Positions 7,045 through 14,925 of a stretch of DNA of 25,671 bases are shown in pieces. Location of the stretch: positions 1 through 25,671 of the IMG/VR virus record IMGVR_UViG_3300037467_001294; one strand, written 5' to 3'. The number at the start of each line of letters is the position of its first letter. Positions within the stretch are counted from its first letter, which is position 1. The position numbers were made by a program, and so were the translations under genes. Under the pieces are notes generated by a model. That model had not been told where the DNA came from, searched no databases, and saw nothing but the letters and a program-made list of their open reading frames with translations. The stretch is from a virus (taxonomy: Duplodnaviria; Caudoviricetes).

Positions 7045-7446
7045 TCACTCGCCTCCCGCAGTCTTGAGGGCGGCGCGGGCGTATTTTCGGCATAGTTTGC
7101 GATGATTGGCGTCAGCGGTTTTGTGGTCGTTTGCCGAGAGAAAGTCGATCTCCGAGGTGGAAAATGCCGGGAGTCCGCAGCCGCAGTTGCATTCTCCTTT
7201 GCCAACCTTGAAGACCATAGTTTCAAAGAAGCGATCACAGCCGATTTGTTCTCGCTTGCCTAATTGCTCGCCGTCCCGCCTCGGTCGGTAATCACCCACG
7301 GTCGAGACCAGAAAGTTGCCGACCCTTGTTGTAAGATGATGAAGGCAACGATCAGCGCAAATGAAATGACCGGCCATGCCGAACCATTCCCATTTGCTCT
7401 CTAGAATCGCCGTCCGCGCGCCTGCTGTGGTATGGGTGGGGGTCAT
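7045..7446 (-). CDS. Hypothetical phage protein, Cys/His-rich (133 aa)
   Basis: [13 protein letters not shown] and CNCGCG; abuts neighbours in the operon. Confidence 0.7.
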   Translation of the reverse strand: MTPTHTTAGARTAILESKWEWFGMAGHFICADRCLHHLTTRVGNFLVSTVGDYRPRRDGEQLGKREQIGCDRFFETMVFKVGKGECNCGCGLPAFSTSEIDFLSANDHKTADANHRKLCRKYARAALKTAGGE

Positions 7447-8180
7447 GCGGGCACCGAGACATTGGCAAGCGCCGCCAGAACGCCGTCACGGATTTGCTGG
7501 TACGCTGCCGACCTCGCTGCCGACCACGCTGCCGACCTCGCTGCCGACTCCGCTGCCGACTCCGCTGCCGACTCCGCTGCCGACTCCGCTGCCGACCTCG
7601 CTGCCGACTCCGCTGCCGGCCACGCTGCCGACCTCGCTGCCGACTCCGCTGCCGACTCCGCTGCCGACTCCGCTGCCGACCTCGCTGCCGACCACGCTGC
7701 CGACTCCGCTGCCGGCCACGCTGCCTCGCCGGTTGCGGCCTTATCGTGCAGATCAATAACAGCCAGGACGACCTCAGTTGCCGTACCAGCCGTAGGCAAC
7801 GTCACGCGCAGGATGGCTGCATGGCAACGATGAAGCGCCGCCTGCCAATCGTAATCATCGGGCATGGCATGAAGCGTCTCGGCAAGTTGAACATGCCACT
7901 TGGCACTTTCGCCGTTCGGCAGACCCTCGAATACAGAATCCTGCAATAGCGCGAGCCATTCCGGGTAGCCGTAGTGCATGGCGACTTTGAAATGCTTCTC
8001 GTCCATGTCGGAAACTTCATCCGGTGTTGCATCCGGGAAGATGTGGTGAAGGTGACATCCGACCGAGCAGCCCTTGAAGTTTTCGGCACCTTCTTCGCCA
8101 TATGTGCCACGAAGCAACATATCAGCCTTGAAGTGGGCTACTGACTGCTCAAGCAATTCTGCGCGCTGTTCAGCGTTCAT
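7443..8180 (-). CDS. Hypothetical protein with an AA(E/R/W)(S/P) tetrapeptide repeat (245 aa)
   Basis: N-terminal KGCSVGC...H......[15 protein letters not shown] globular region followed by 18 tetrapeptide repeats; ATGA coupling. Confidence 0.85.
   Translation of the reverse strand: MNAEQRAELLEQSVAHFKADMLLRGTYGEEGAENFKGCSVGCHLHHIFPDATPDEVSDMDEKHFKVAMHYGYPEWLALLQDSVFEGLPNGESAKWHVQLAETLHAMPDDYDWQAALHRCHAAILRVTLPTAGTATEVVLAVIDLHDKAATGEAAWPAAESAAWSAARSAAESAAESAAESAARSAAWPAAESAARSAAESAAESAAESAAESAARSAAWSAARSAAYQQIRDGVLAALANVSVPA
7503..7725. repeat. Coding 12-bp tandem repeat (CGCTGCCGACTC and variants), 18 units plus a partial
   Basis: Units CGCTGCCGACTC / CGCTGCCGACCT / CGCTGCCGACCA / CGCTGCCGGCCA read directly, without spacers. 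Confidence 0.97.
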
Positions 8181-8416
8181 TGATGCACCTGTTCTGATTT
8201 GCGGTTGAGAGGACGGGAGGCGGAGCGGGTTTCGCGCAATTCCGAGCAGAGAAGCTGCAGGCTCGCCAAAGCCGCAAGCAAACTGCCTTCCTCGTTCGCG
8301 ATGAGTTCTTCTGTCGCCGGATCAATGCGGAGCTTCACAAGCTCGCTGATCGATGATGCAAGGGTGCTGACGTGGGCCTGCACCGCGAGGTGTTGCTGGA
8401 GAGTGGGGAGGATCAT
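8177..8416 (-). CDS. Hypothetical phage protein (79 aa, MILPTLQQH...)
   Basis: ATGA coupling to 8413..8640 and to 7443..8180. Confidence 0.6.
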   Translation of the reverse strand: MILPTLQQHLAVQAHVSTLASSISELVKLRIDPATEELIANEEGSLLAALASLQLLCSELRETRSASRPLNRKSEQVHQ

Positions 8417-8640
8417 GGCAAACCGGCCTTTCCGCAGTAGCCGCGCGGAATGCCGTCGCCAGTCTCGTCGGCAGAGAACCTCCACGCCATGCAGGCAGAG
8501 CCGATGCAATGCGTCGGAGACATCGGCTGGACGTAACCAGCTGAGACCGACATGTGCTGACTTCCGAATGGTGCGTTTGGCTGCGATCCGAATGATTCCT
8601 GACACCGCTTGGTCTGGGCTTCCTGCTCGGTGAGGATCAT
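8413..8640 (-). CDS. Small Cys-containing phage protein (75 aa)
   Basis: GGAGG RBS; KRC...CIGSACMAWRF...GYCG.AG.P four-Cys pattern. Confidence 0.75.
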   Translation of the reverse strand: MILTEQEAQTKRCQESFGSQPNAPFGSQHMSVSAGYVQPMSPTHCIGSACMAWRFSADETGDGIPRGYCGKAGLP

Positions 8641-8934
8641 TTACGCTGCCTCCGCAACAAGATCAGCAGCGCGCATCAACTGCCCGGCGCAGTCGTCACC
8701 AGCATCAGCAATGGCCCGCGCATCTTCCTCATCAATCCGCCCGCAGGAGATCGACACCGACGCATCGGCCATCAGTTCTTCGATGTGATCGGCTGCGAAC
8801 TTGGTGAATGCGCGGATATAGGACGCGCGACCTTCTAGTTCTTCCGAACCGGCGCGAAGGCCCATGATGAAAGGCTCAAGATTGGCAACCTTGGCGAGGA
8901 AATTGGTCTTGGAGGCTTCGGCGTTGAACATCAC
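8641..8934 (-). CDS. Hypothetical phage protein (97 aa)
   Basis: AAGGAG RBS; coupled to neighbours. Confidence 0.75.
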   Translation of the reverse strand: MMFNAEASKTNFLAKVANLEPFIMGLRAGSEELEGRASYIRAFTKFAADHIEELMADASVSISCGRIDEEDARAIADAGDDCAGQLMRAADLVAEAA

Positions 8935-9146
8935 GCAATCTCCTTCGCAGGAGCGGTGACGCTGTAAATACTGAGACGGCCAACAGAACCGGAAAACTCA
9001 ATCGACACTCCGTCGTCTTTGGAGTGCACCGTGTCCAATGTCAGGTCGAAAGTGACGGTGAATTTCTCGCCAGCCCGAATGCGCTTCGCCAACTCGTGCC
9101 GGCCGTCCTTTACGTCGAGGATCGCAAAATCTGAATGGATGTGCAT
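8931..9146 (-). CDS. Hypothetical phage protein (71 aa, MHIHSDF...)
   Basis: GGGAGAGCGCC-ATG initiation region. Confidence 0.7.
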   Translation of the reverse strand: MHIHSDFAILDVKDGRHELAKRIRAGEKFTVTFDLTLDTVHSKDDGVSIEFSGSVGRLSIYSVTAPAKEIA

Positions 9147-9157
9147 GGCGCTCTCCC

Positions 9158-9388
9158 TCAAATCCGAGTGAGGCCGAGATGCGGAGTGAACTCGTACTTC
9201 CGACCCGACTGGATGTGATGGAGGCTGTAGGTGCCGCTGGACTTCGCCATGACCAGAAGTCCGCGAAGAAAGCCGACGCTGACGAAAGAGCCGATTGACC
9301 AGTCCTGCTTGGCCTTCGGAGTGGCGTAGCCATTCAGCATTCCGCCGCCAGCGACTTTTGATGCTCGGTATCCGTTCCAGTTGCTCAT
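9158..9388 (-). CDS. First gene of the leftward early operon, hypothetical (76 aa, MSNWNGY...)
   Basis: GGGAGAGCGCC-ATG just downstream of the PL-like promoter. Confidence 0.75.
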   Translation of the reverse strand: MSNWNGYRASKVAGGGMLNGYATPKAKQDWSIGSFVSVGFLRGLLVMAKSSGTYSLHHIQSGRKYEFTPHLGLTRI

Positions 9389-9413
9389 GGCGCTCTCCCG
9401 TGGTGTGGAGATC

Positions 9414-9485
9414 ACCTTACACCAGATGCAAAACAACTCAAGTAAAAACTTACGTTAGATGCAAGAAATTTTGCATGGGAATTAA
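9414..9485 (-). promoter_or_regulatory. PL/OL-like promoter with 15-bp operators
   Basis: Operators TTACACCAGATGCAA (9417-9431) and TTACGTTAGATGCAA (9450-9464), weaker inverted site at 9471-9485. Minus-strand TTGAGT-N16-TAAGGT. Confidence 0.8.
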
Positions 9486-9633
9486 AACCCTGTATTCGCG
9501 GGCGAATCTAGGTCGGCATCGGCAGATGATGGGGAGAAGGGGTACGCGGGCGAAGAATTTCGCGCCCGATGGAACGCGGGGATGGGGCGGATGGCCCAAA
9601 AACTGAAATCTGGGAGCTGGAATTGACCGGCGC

Positions 9634-9972
9634 CTAGCCGGCTGTGCCGGTTTTGATGATCGTCCGGGCGACTTCCTCGATCATCTTGCGCTGCCCTTCC
9701 TGAGCCTGGTCCCAAATTGACCATAAAGCCTCAGGATTCGACGGATCACGCATTAGTAACGATGCCGGGTCCGTCATCAAGGCCTCTGCAAGGGCCTCTA
9801 AAACGTCCTGTGTATATGGCGTAATGCCCTTCTCGATGCGGGAAATCATGCTGCCAGACGTATCCAGCATCCCGGCCAGCTTTTCCTGGCTATAGCCACG
9901 GTACTCGCGCCACTCCTTGATGAAGGTGCGGCGACGCTGACCAGGCCTTTTATATCCAATTCGAGCAGACAT
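9634..9972 (-). CDS. CI-like XRE-family HTH repressor without an S24 peptidase domain (112 aa)
   Basis: FIKEWREYRGYSQEKLAGMLDTSGSMISRIEKG...VLEALAEAL..DPASLL; divergent from a cro-like gene across an operator cluster. Confidence 0.9.
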   Translation of the reverse strand: MSARIGYKRPGQRRRTFIKEWREYRGYSQEKLAGMLDTSGSMISRIEKGITPYTQDVLEALAEALMTDPASLLMRDPSNPEALWSIWDQAQEGQRKMIEEVARTIIKTGTAG

Positions 9973-10064
9973 TTCAGCAGTTTACACTAGATGCAAATTT
10001 ACACCATTCATCAGATGCAAATTACGCTTGTGCAGGACTTGCATCCGGTGTAAGTTTTCGCATT
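9973..10064. promoter_or_regulatory. OR-like divergent promoter/operator region
   Basis: TTACACTAGATGCAA (9982-9996), ATTCATCAGATGCAA (10006-10020), TTGCATCCGGTGTAA (10039-10053, inverted). Rightward TTGTGC(10028)-N17-TAAGTT(10051). Leftward -10 TAAACT 6 nt before the cI ATG. Confidence 0.85.
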
Positions 10065-10316
10065 ATGAGCACACAGCCCGAAAGCGCACTTAGGATTTGG
10101 CGGAAGGAAGCCGGGTATAGCTTGGATTATGTCTGCGACCTCCTTGAGCAGCATGGTCTGGAGCGCCCTTCCGCTGCGAAGTTGTCGCGGATTGAGCGCG
10201 ACCAAGACATTCCGCCGGAGATGATTCCGGCATTCACGGCAATAAGCGGCATCCCTGCGAAAGATCAGCGGCCCGATCTCGCAAAAATCTTTTCCGAGAG
10301 CGAGGCCGCATCATGA
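10065..10316 (+). CDS. Cro-like XRE HTH protein (83 aa)
   Basis: ALRIWRKEAGYSLDYV...SAAKLSRIER...GIPAKDQRPDLA; the RPDL C-terminal motif is typical of Cro/YdaS-like proteins. Confidence 0.85.
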   Translation: MSTQPESALRIWRKEAGYSLDYVCDLLEQHGLERPSAAKLSRIERDQDIPPEMIPAFTAISGIPAKDQRPDLAKIFSESEAAS

Positions 10317-10318
10317 TC

Positions 10319-10567
10319 TTAGTGCGCGAGCCGCGATCCAGACCAAACATTGAGCGTCCTGCCCTGTTTTTCGCGCAGAACCCTTCTGGTTTCTGCTTGC
10401 GCAACGTCTGCGCCGGCGAGGGAGACAACCAAGTTCAGCTGCGCCCCTCCTTCAAAAATGAATCCCACGCAACGCAACACGCCATTCACTTTGCGATATG
10501 CGCCGAACCCATCGACATAAACCGGCGGGAGTGTGGAGCTTTGTTCGATCAATTCCTCGTCTGTCAT
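10319..10567 (-). CDS. Counter-oriented hypothetical protein between cro and cII (82 aa, MTDEELIEQ...)
   Basis: Strong GGAGG RBS; protein-like sequence (PPVYVDGFGAYRKVNGVLRCVGF); stop lies 2 nt from the cro stop. Confidence 0.65.
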   Translation of the reverse strand: MTDEELIEQSSTLPPVYVDGFGAYRKVNGVLRCVGFIFEGGAQLNLVVSLAGADVAQAETRRVLREKQGRTLNVWSGSRLAH

Positions 10568-10713
10568 GAAAATTCCTCCCGTCCCGAGAAGAAATTTCAT
10601 CAAACCACACCCGATCCTGACTCCACAGAAAAAAATGTTAATCGCCGCGACTTTCGATTCCGCGCTGCGTCATCTCGCGGAGCGCAACTTGTCGCATTAG
10701 ACGAGGCATCGTC

Positions 10714-10929
10714 ATGAGCGCCCGTCACTTCGGCCTCCCACAAACGACCGCGCACCACCTCACACCGGGGCAAGTGCGAAGCGGTGCGCGCCATCATGCG
10801 CCGCCCGTTGAGGCGCGGTGCAATCCGATTTCCGAGGACCGGATTTCATTCTGGTTCTGGTCTGCCTTCATCATTTCCGTTTTCGCAATCCCGCTGCTGT
10901 GTGCGGCGGTCATTAGTTGGTTTCAGTGA
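10714..10929 (+). CDS. Small protein with a C-terminal transmembrane helix (71 aa)
   Basis: GAGG RBS; FWFWSAFIISVFAIPLLCAAVISWF hydrophobic stretch. Confidence 0.6.
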   Translation: MSARHFGLPQTTAHHLTPGQVRSGARHHAPPVEARCNPISEDRISFWFWSAFIISVFAIPLLCAAVISWFQ

Positions 10930-11032
10930 GTTTGCGACGGTCAGCGTAGCAGCGCCGATCATCGTGAAAGTTGAGTGTGTGTCTTCACTCTCGGTGTCCA
11001 TGGCTTGCAACTAAGCACATGGAGTTCCCGAG

Positions 11033-11404
11033 ATGTCGGAAAGTTCGGACGGAAAGAAAATGAGTACAGCAGTCGATTGGTCAGATCGCATCGCGGACAT
11101 TGCCGGTCCTTACCGGCCATTCGATACGCGCGAGTCCTGGCTTGCACGAGCGGCGACCAAGGCAGGTATCTCATTCCGGCAATGCAAGGCGCTGTTTTAC
11201 GGCGAAGCCAAGCGGCCGAAGCAGCAAGTAGCAGAGAAAATCATCGGCGCCTCAGAACGAGCGCGCCGCGAAGCAAGCGACCTCGCGTCCCGCTTCGAAA
11301 CACTGGCGGGAGCGATGAATGCGAGCGATGCGGATTTTTACGGCAAGGACATTACTGCGCTTATCCACGCGGCTCGCGCGCTTCGCGGTATTCATCGCCC
11401 CTGA
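11033..11404 (+). CDS. CII-position HTH-like regulator (123 aa; alternative start 11060)
   Basis: GGAG RBS; WLARAATKAGISFRQCKALFYGE HTH-like segment; located downstream of cro. Confidence 0.7.
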   Translation: MSESSDGKKMSTAVDWSDRIADIAGPYRPFDTRESWLARAATKAGISFRQCKALFYGEAKRPKQQVAEKIIGASERARREASDLASRFETLAGAMNASDADFYGKDITALIHAARALRGIHRP

Positions 11405-11415
11405 GATCGCAGAAC

Positions 11416-11904
11416 ATGAAAATATTGACCGCCGATAAAATCAGAAGCCTTCTCGACTATGACGAGAGAACTGGATTGTTCTTTCGTCGAGGCGGATCGA
11501 AGCCTTTAGGCTCCCTAACTTCAGATGGTTATCTAGAGTTCAGTGTAGACGGACGAGTTTACAAGGCACACCGCCTCGCATGGCTCTTTATGAAGGGCAG
11601 ATGGCCATTGTCTCGCATGGATCATATCGATGGCAACAGAACAAATAACGCTATCAAAAACCTGCGGGAAGCAGACGGCCAGCAGAACGCAGCAAACCGC
11701 AGAGTTCTAAGCCATCTCGGGACGAAGGGCGTTTATCGTCGCGGCAACAGGTTTATCGCCGGCATCAAAATTAATGGCCGACGCCATCATTTAGGTTCTT
11801 TCAAAAACCTATCGGACGCAACCGCGGCTTACTCGAGCGCCGCGCGCAAAGCATTTGGCGAATTCGCTTGGATCGCGCCTGAGATTGTGGAGGGGGGAGC
11901 ATGA
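11416..11904 (+). CDS. HNH homing endonuclease with a C-terminal AP2-like domain (162 aa)
   Basis: LLDYDERTGLF...GY......DGRVYKAHRLAW...DHIDGNRTNNAIKNLR, then KGV...F.A.I......HLGSF.....A..AY..AA...FGEFA. Confidence 0.9.
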   Translation: MKILTADKIRSLLDYDERTGLFFRRGGSKPLGSLTSDGYLEFSVDGRVYKAHRLAWLFMKGRWPLSRMDHIDGNRTNNAIKNLREADGQQNAANRRVLSHLGTKGVYRRGNRFIAGIKINGRRHHLGSFKNLSDATAAYSSAARKAFGEFAWIAPEIVEGGA

Positions 11905-12302
11905 GCCACTGGCACATACCGGCAACCAAGGAAGGACTGAACCGCTGGACGCCGGATCAGGTTGAGATGGCGCTCGCAATGAAGTCGAACGGGCATGACG
12001 TAAAGGAAATCGCGGAACGACTAGGGCGCTCCGTAAAGGCTGTGCAAGGGAAATTCGAATACATCGCATTGAATGAAGAACAGCGCGAGGAACGCAGGCA
12101 AGCATTGCGCCGGCGGCGCATCGCGAGTGGTATCCAATCAACACGTCTGCATCCAAACGGGCAGACGACGAAGGCAGAGCGTCCATCATGTGACGTTCTC
12201 ACCGAACGTAGTCTTCGCTTATCCGCCATGCCTCGCGATCTCACGGCAGCTTTCTTTGGCGATCCGCTTCCCGGCTATTCAGCACTGGATCGCCGCCAAT
12301 GA
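11901..12302 (+). CDS. HTH protein with a GcrA/Myb-like N-terminus (133 aa)
   Basis: RWTPDQVEMALAMKSNGHDVKEIAERLGRSVKAVQGK; C-terminal FFGDPLPGYSALD; GGAGG RBS. Confidence 0.75.
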   Translation: MSHWHIPATKEGLNRWTPDQVEMALAMKSNGHDVKEIAERLGRSVKAVQGKFEYIALNEEQREERRQALRRRRIASGIQSTRLHPNGQTTKAERPSCDVLTERSLRLSAMPRDLTAAFFGDPLPGYSALDRRQ

Positions 12303-12484
12303 CCGACCCCCGCGCCAAACTCGCCTATCTCAGCCAGCCTCAGCCCGGCAAGACGGTGCTGACCGTCAAGACTGAGCATGACATTTTCTTGCGCGTCGAA
12401 TTGAGCGAGGCGCAGCGCCGCAATCTGGTGGCTGATGGGGCCAAGTTTGCGCCGGCAGAATATGCGGAGGCTCGCTTCACATGA
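12299..12484 (+). CDS. Hypothetical protein (61 aa)
   Basis: ATGA coupling at both ends. Confidence 0.65.
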   Translation: MTDPRAKLAYLSQPQPGKTVLTVKTEHDIFLRVELSEAQRRNLVADGAKFAPAEYAEARFT

Positions 12485-12927
12485 AACGCGCCGCTCCCGA
12501 ACATCGCATCCAGGTTGCCTTGATGGATTACCTGCGCCTCGCGCTCCGCCCCGAGCTGGAAGTTCGCGCCATTCCGAACGGCGAGAAGCGCCACATTCGG
12601 GTTGCGTCACGCCTCAAAGCCGAAGGCGTTCGCCGCGGTACGCCAGACATTTTTGTCTGCCTCCCCCAAGGCCGCATCGGATGGCTTGAGATGAAGGCGC
12701 CGAAGGGCGTTCTCAGCCCCGAGCAGAAACATTTCCGCGACAAGGTTCTGGCGCTTGGGCACTTCTGGGCTCTCGCCCGGACCGTGGATCAGGCTCTTGA
12801 GCACCTGACCGAATGGGATGCTCTGAGGCCGGCTTATCGGCGGGCGCCAGCTATTTTTAAAACCAACCATCTCGAAACTATCCAGTTCAAAGCAGCAAAG
12901 GAGCATCAAAGTGGAACGCAAGCTTAG
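12481..12927 (+). CDS. VRR-NUC family nuclease (148 aa)
   Basis: PEHRIQ...AIPNG...LKAEGVRRGTPD...WLEMKAPKGVLSPEQK PD-(D/E)XK pattern. Confidence 0.88.
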   Translation: MKRAAPEHRIQVALMDYLRLALRPELEVRAIPNGEKRHIRVASRLKAEGVRRGTPDIFVCLPQGRIGWLEMKAPKGVLSPEQKHFRDKVLALGHFWALARTVDQALEHLTEWDALRPAYRRAPAIFKTNHLETIQFKAAKEHQSGTQA

Positions 12928-13768
12928 GATCATTTCCGCCGACGAGCGGATGGCACAAGACAAGGGCGTCAAGGCCCTCATCGTCGGTCCTGCCGGTATC
13001 GGCAAGACCACGCTTCTCAGGACGCTCAACGGCAGCGACACGCTGTTCGTTGACCTTGAGGCTGGCGACCTCGCCGTGCAGGACGTGCAAGTTGACACGT
13101 TCCAGCCACGCACATGGGAAGAGTGCAGGGATCTTGCCTGCTATCTGGGCGGCCCGAACCCGGCTCTTCCGGCGACGGCCTGTTACTCGCAGGCACATTA
13201 TGACTCCGTGGCGGAGGCCATGGGTGGTGCCGATGGGCTGAAGAAGTACGCAACTTATTTCATCGATTCCATCACGGTTGCCGGCCGTCTTTGCTTCCGC
13301 TGGTGCGAGCAGCAGCCTGAGAGTTTCAACGAGCGCGGCAAAAAGGACACCCGCGGCACTTACGGCCTCATGGGTCGCGAGATGATTGGGTGGCTGACGC
13401 ATTTGCAGCACACGCGCGGCAAGAACGTCATCTTTGTCGGCATCCTCGAAAACCTCAAAGATGAGTTCAACGTCTCAACCTGGCAATTGCAGATCGAGGG
13501 CGGCAAGACCGGCAAGGAATTGCCCGGCATTGTGGACCAGATCGCTACCATGCAGTTTGTCGATTTTGGCGATGGCAACGCCGTCCGTGCGTTGGTCTGC
13601 ACCCAGCCGAACCAATGGGCCTATCCGGCCAAGGATCGCTCCGGTCGCCTTGAGCAGATCGAAGAACCTCATCTCGGCAAGTGGCTCGCGAAGCTCACGA
13701 GCAAGACGCCTCGCAAGGCAACTGTTCACACCATTCCTGAAACCACCACAGCAACCGAAGCAGCATAA
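12911..13768 (+). CDS. AAA_24 / Sak4-like phage ATPase (285 aa)
   Basis: Walker A GPAGIGKT, LFVDLEAG, Walker B FIDSIT, AKDRSGRL. Confidence 0.88.
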   Translation: MERKLRIISADERMAQDKGVKALIVGPAGIGKTTLLRTLNGSDTLFVDLEAGDLAVQDVQVDTFQPRTWEECRDLACYLGGPNPALPATACYSQAHYDSVAEAMGGADGLKKYATYFIDSITVAGRLCFRWCEQQPESFNERGKKDTRGTYGLMGREMIGWLTHLQHTRGKNVIFVGILENLKDEFNVSTWQLQIEGGKTGKELPGIVDQIATMQFVDFGDGNAVRALVCTQPNQWAYPAKDRSGRLEQIEEPHLGKWLAKLTSKTPRKATVHTIPETTTATEAA

Positions 13769-13774
13769 GGAGAA

Positions 13775-14371
13775 GTGACAATGGCTTACGATTTCAACAA
13801 TGCATCCGAACAGCGCACCAACGACCTTATTCCGGACGGCACGATTGCCTCCGTCCACATGACCGTCCGCCCCGGCAATGCAGGCGAGGGTGGCTGGCTC
13901 AAGCGGTCCAAGTCAGGTGACAGCGAGGCCCTCGACTGCGAGTTCACCGTGGTCGATGGCTCGTTCGCTAAGCGCAAGTTCTGGACGCTCTTCACGGTCG
14001 AAGGCACCACAGAAGGCCAGAAGAAAGCCGGCGAAATCAGCGCTGCTCGCCTTCGCGCAATTCTCGAAAGTGTTCACGGTATCCGCCCGGACGACGAGAG
14101 CCCGAACGCCGCAGTCAAGCGCCGCGTCAACTCGTGGGGTGATTTCGACGGCCTGCGTTTCGTCGCCAAGATTGGCGTCGAGAAGGGTAAGGATGGTTAC
14201 AAGGACAAGAACGTTCTCGTGGCTGTCATTACCCCCGACCGCAAGGACTGGCTGAAGGTCGAACAGGTGAAGCAGGGCGGCATGGCGCCTATCGGCGTTG
14301 CTGCGCAGAATGTGGCTCAAGCCGCTGCGCAGGCTGCATCGTCCAGCGGCAAGCCTTCCTGGGCTCAGTAA
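13775..14371 (+). CDS. Putative single-stranded DNA-binding protein (DUF669-like, 198 aa; ATG at 13781 likely)
   Basis: DLIPDGT...LDCEFTVVDG.FAKRKFW...KDKN; C-terminal KPSWAQ; follows the Sak4-like gene. Confidence 0.7.
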   Translation: MTMAYDFNNASEQRTNDLIPDGTIASVHMTVRPGNAGEGGWLKRSKSGDSEALDCEFTVVDGSFAKRKFWTLFTVEGTTEGQKKAGEISAARLRAILESVHGIRPDDESPNAAVKRRVNSWGDFDGLRFVAKIGVEKGKDGYKDKNVLVAVITPDRKDWLKVEQVKQGGMAPIGVAAQNVAQAAAQAASSSGKPSWAQ

Positions 14372-14372
14372 C

Positions 14373-14918
14373 ATGGGCGAGCCGGCAGCAGCCATTATTA
14401 CCGAGGACGAGTGGCAGCGGAGAGCAACCGCTGCCGCCATCTCGGCTGCTAAAGACGTTCTGGGCGACGGGTTAAATTCCCGCGCCCCGATCGGTAGCCT
14501 TTCCGAAATCGAATGGGGTTGGATCGCAGCCGCCATCATCTTCGGCTGGATCAAAGTTCGTGCTGAACAGGCTGTGGCTGAGGGCACGTCTTACGATTCC
14601 ACCATCCAACGCGCCCTGCATCGTGATCCGGCCCCCTGGGAAGCTGGTGCAATCGAGACCATTCTGCCGAAGCTTGGCAGCCTGAAAGACATCGATTGGT
14701 CGAAGCCGGTAGGCGAATGGTCGAAGGGCCAGATCGTCGGTTTTGCGTGGCAAATCTACAAGATGACGGACGCCGCTCTGCAGGCTCGGGATGATGGGGC
14801 AAACGCAGGTCCGAAGATCGTTCGTTTCAGCCGCGAGAAAATGGAGCGGGAGAACTCCGCTGCCAACGGCGGGCCGCTGTTTTCGAAATCCGAACTCAAC
14901 GACGATATTCCGTTTTGA
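14373..14918 (+). CDS. Hypothetical replication-module protein ending in an SSB-like acidic tail (181 aa)
   Basis: ATG 1 nt after the upstream stop; C-terminus ELNDDIPF. Confidence 0.75.
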   Translation: MGEPAAAIITEDEWQRRATAAAISAAKDVLGDGLNSRAPIGSLSEIEWGWIAAAIIFGWIKVRAEQAVAEGTSYDSTIQRALHRDPAPWEAGAIETILPKLGSLKDIDWSKPVGEWSKGQIVGFAWQIYKMTDAALQARDDGANAGPKIVRFSREKMERENSAANGGPLFSKSELNDDIPF

Positions 14919-14925
14919 GGGGACC

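Noticed and set aside
7503-7725. Possible CRISPR array or DGR repeat
   Set aside because: Contiguous 12-bp units without unique spacers, in frame within a CDS; no cas operon or reverse transcriptase in the window.
7352-7949. Alternative-frame repeat ORFs (RQRS, LPTP, AADS, GSGV, CRPR)
   Set aside because: By-products of a stop-free 12-bp repeat. Only 7443..8180 has a globular domain and coupling to neighbours.
9486-9633. Spacer between the cI stop and OL with a repeated CGCGGGCGAA and an imperfect hairpin; ORFs 9295..9606 and 9482..9724
   Set aside because: No convincing RBS or protein-like sequence. The hairpin may be a cI terminator but lacks a U-tract, so support is insufficient.
10975-11415. 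147-aa N-terminal extension of the HNH ORF (10975..11904 in the track)
   Set aside because: It overlaps the better-supported 11033..11404 gene; HNH similarity starts at ATG 11416.
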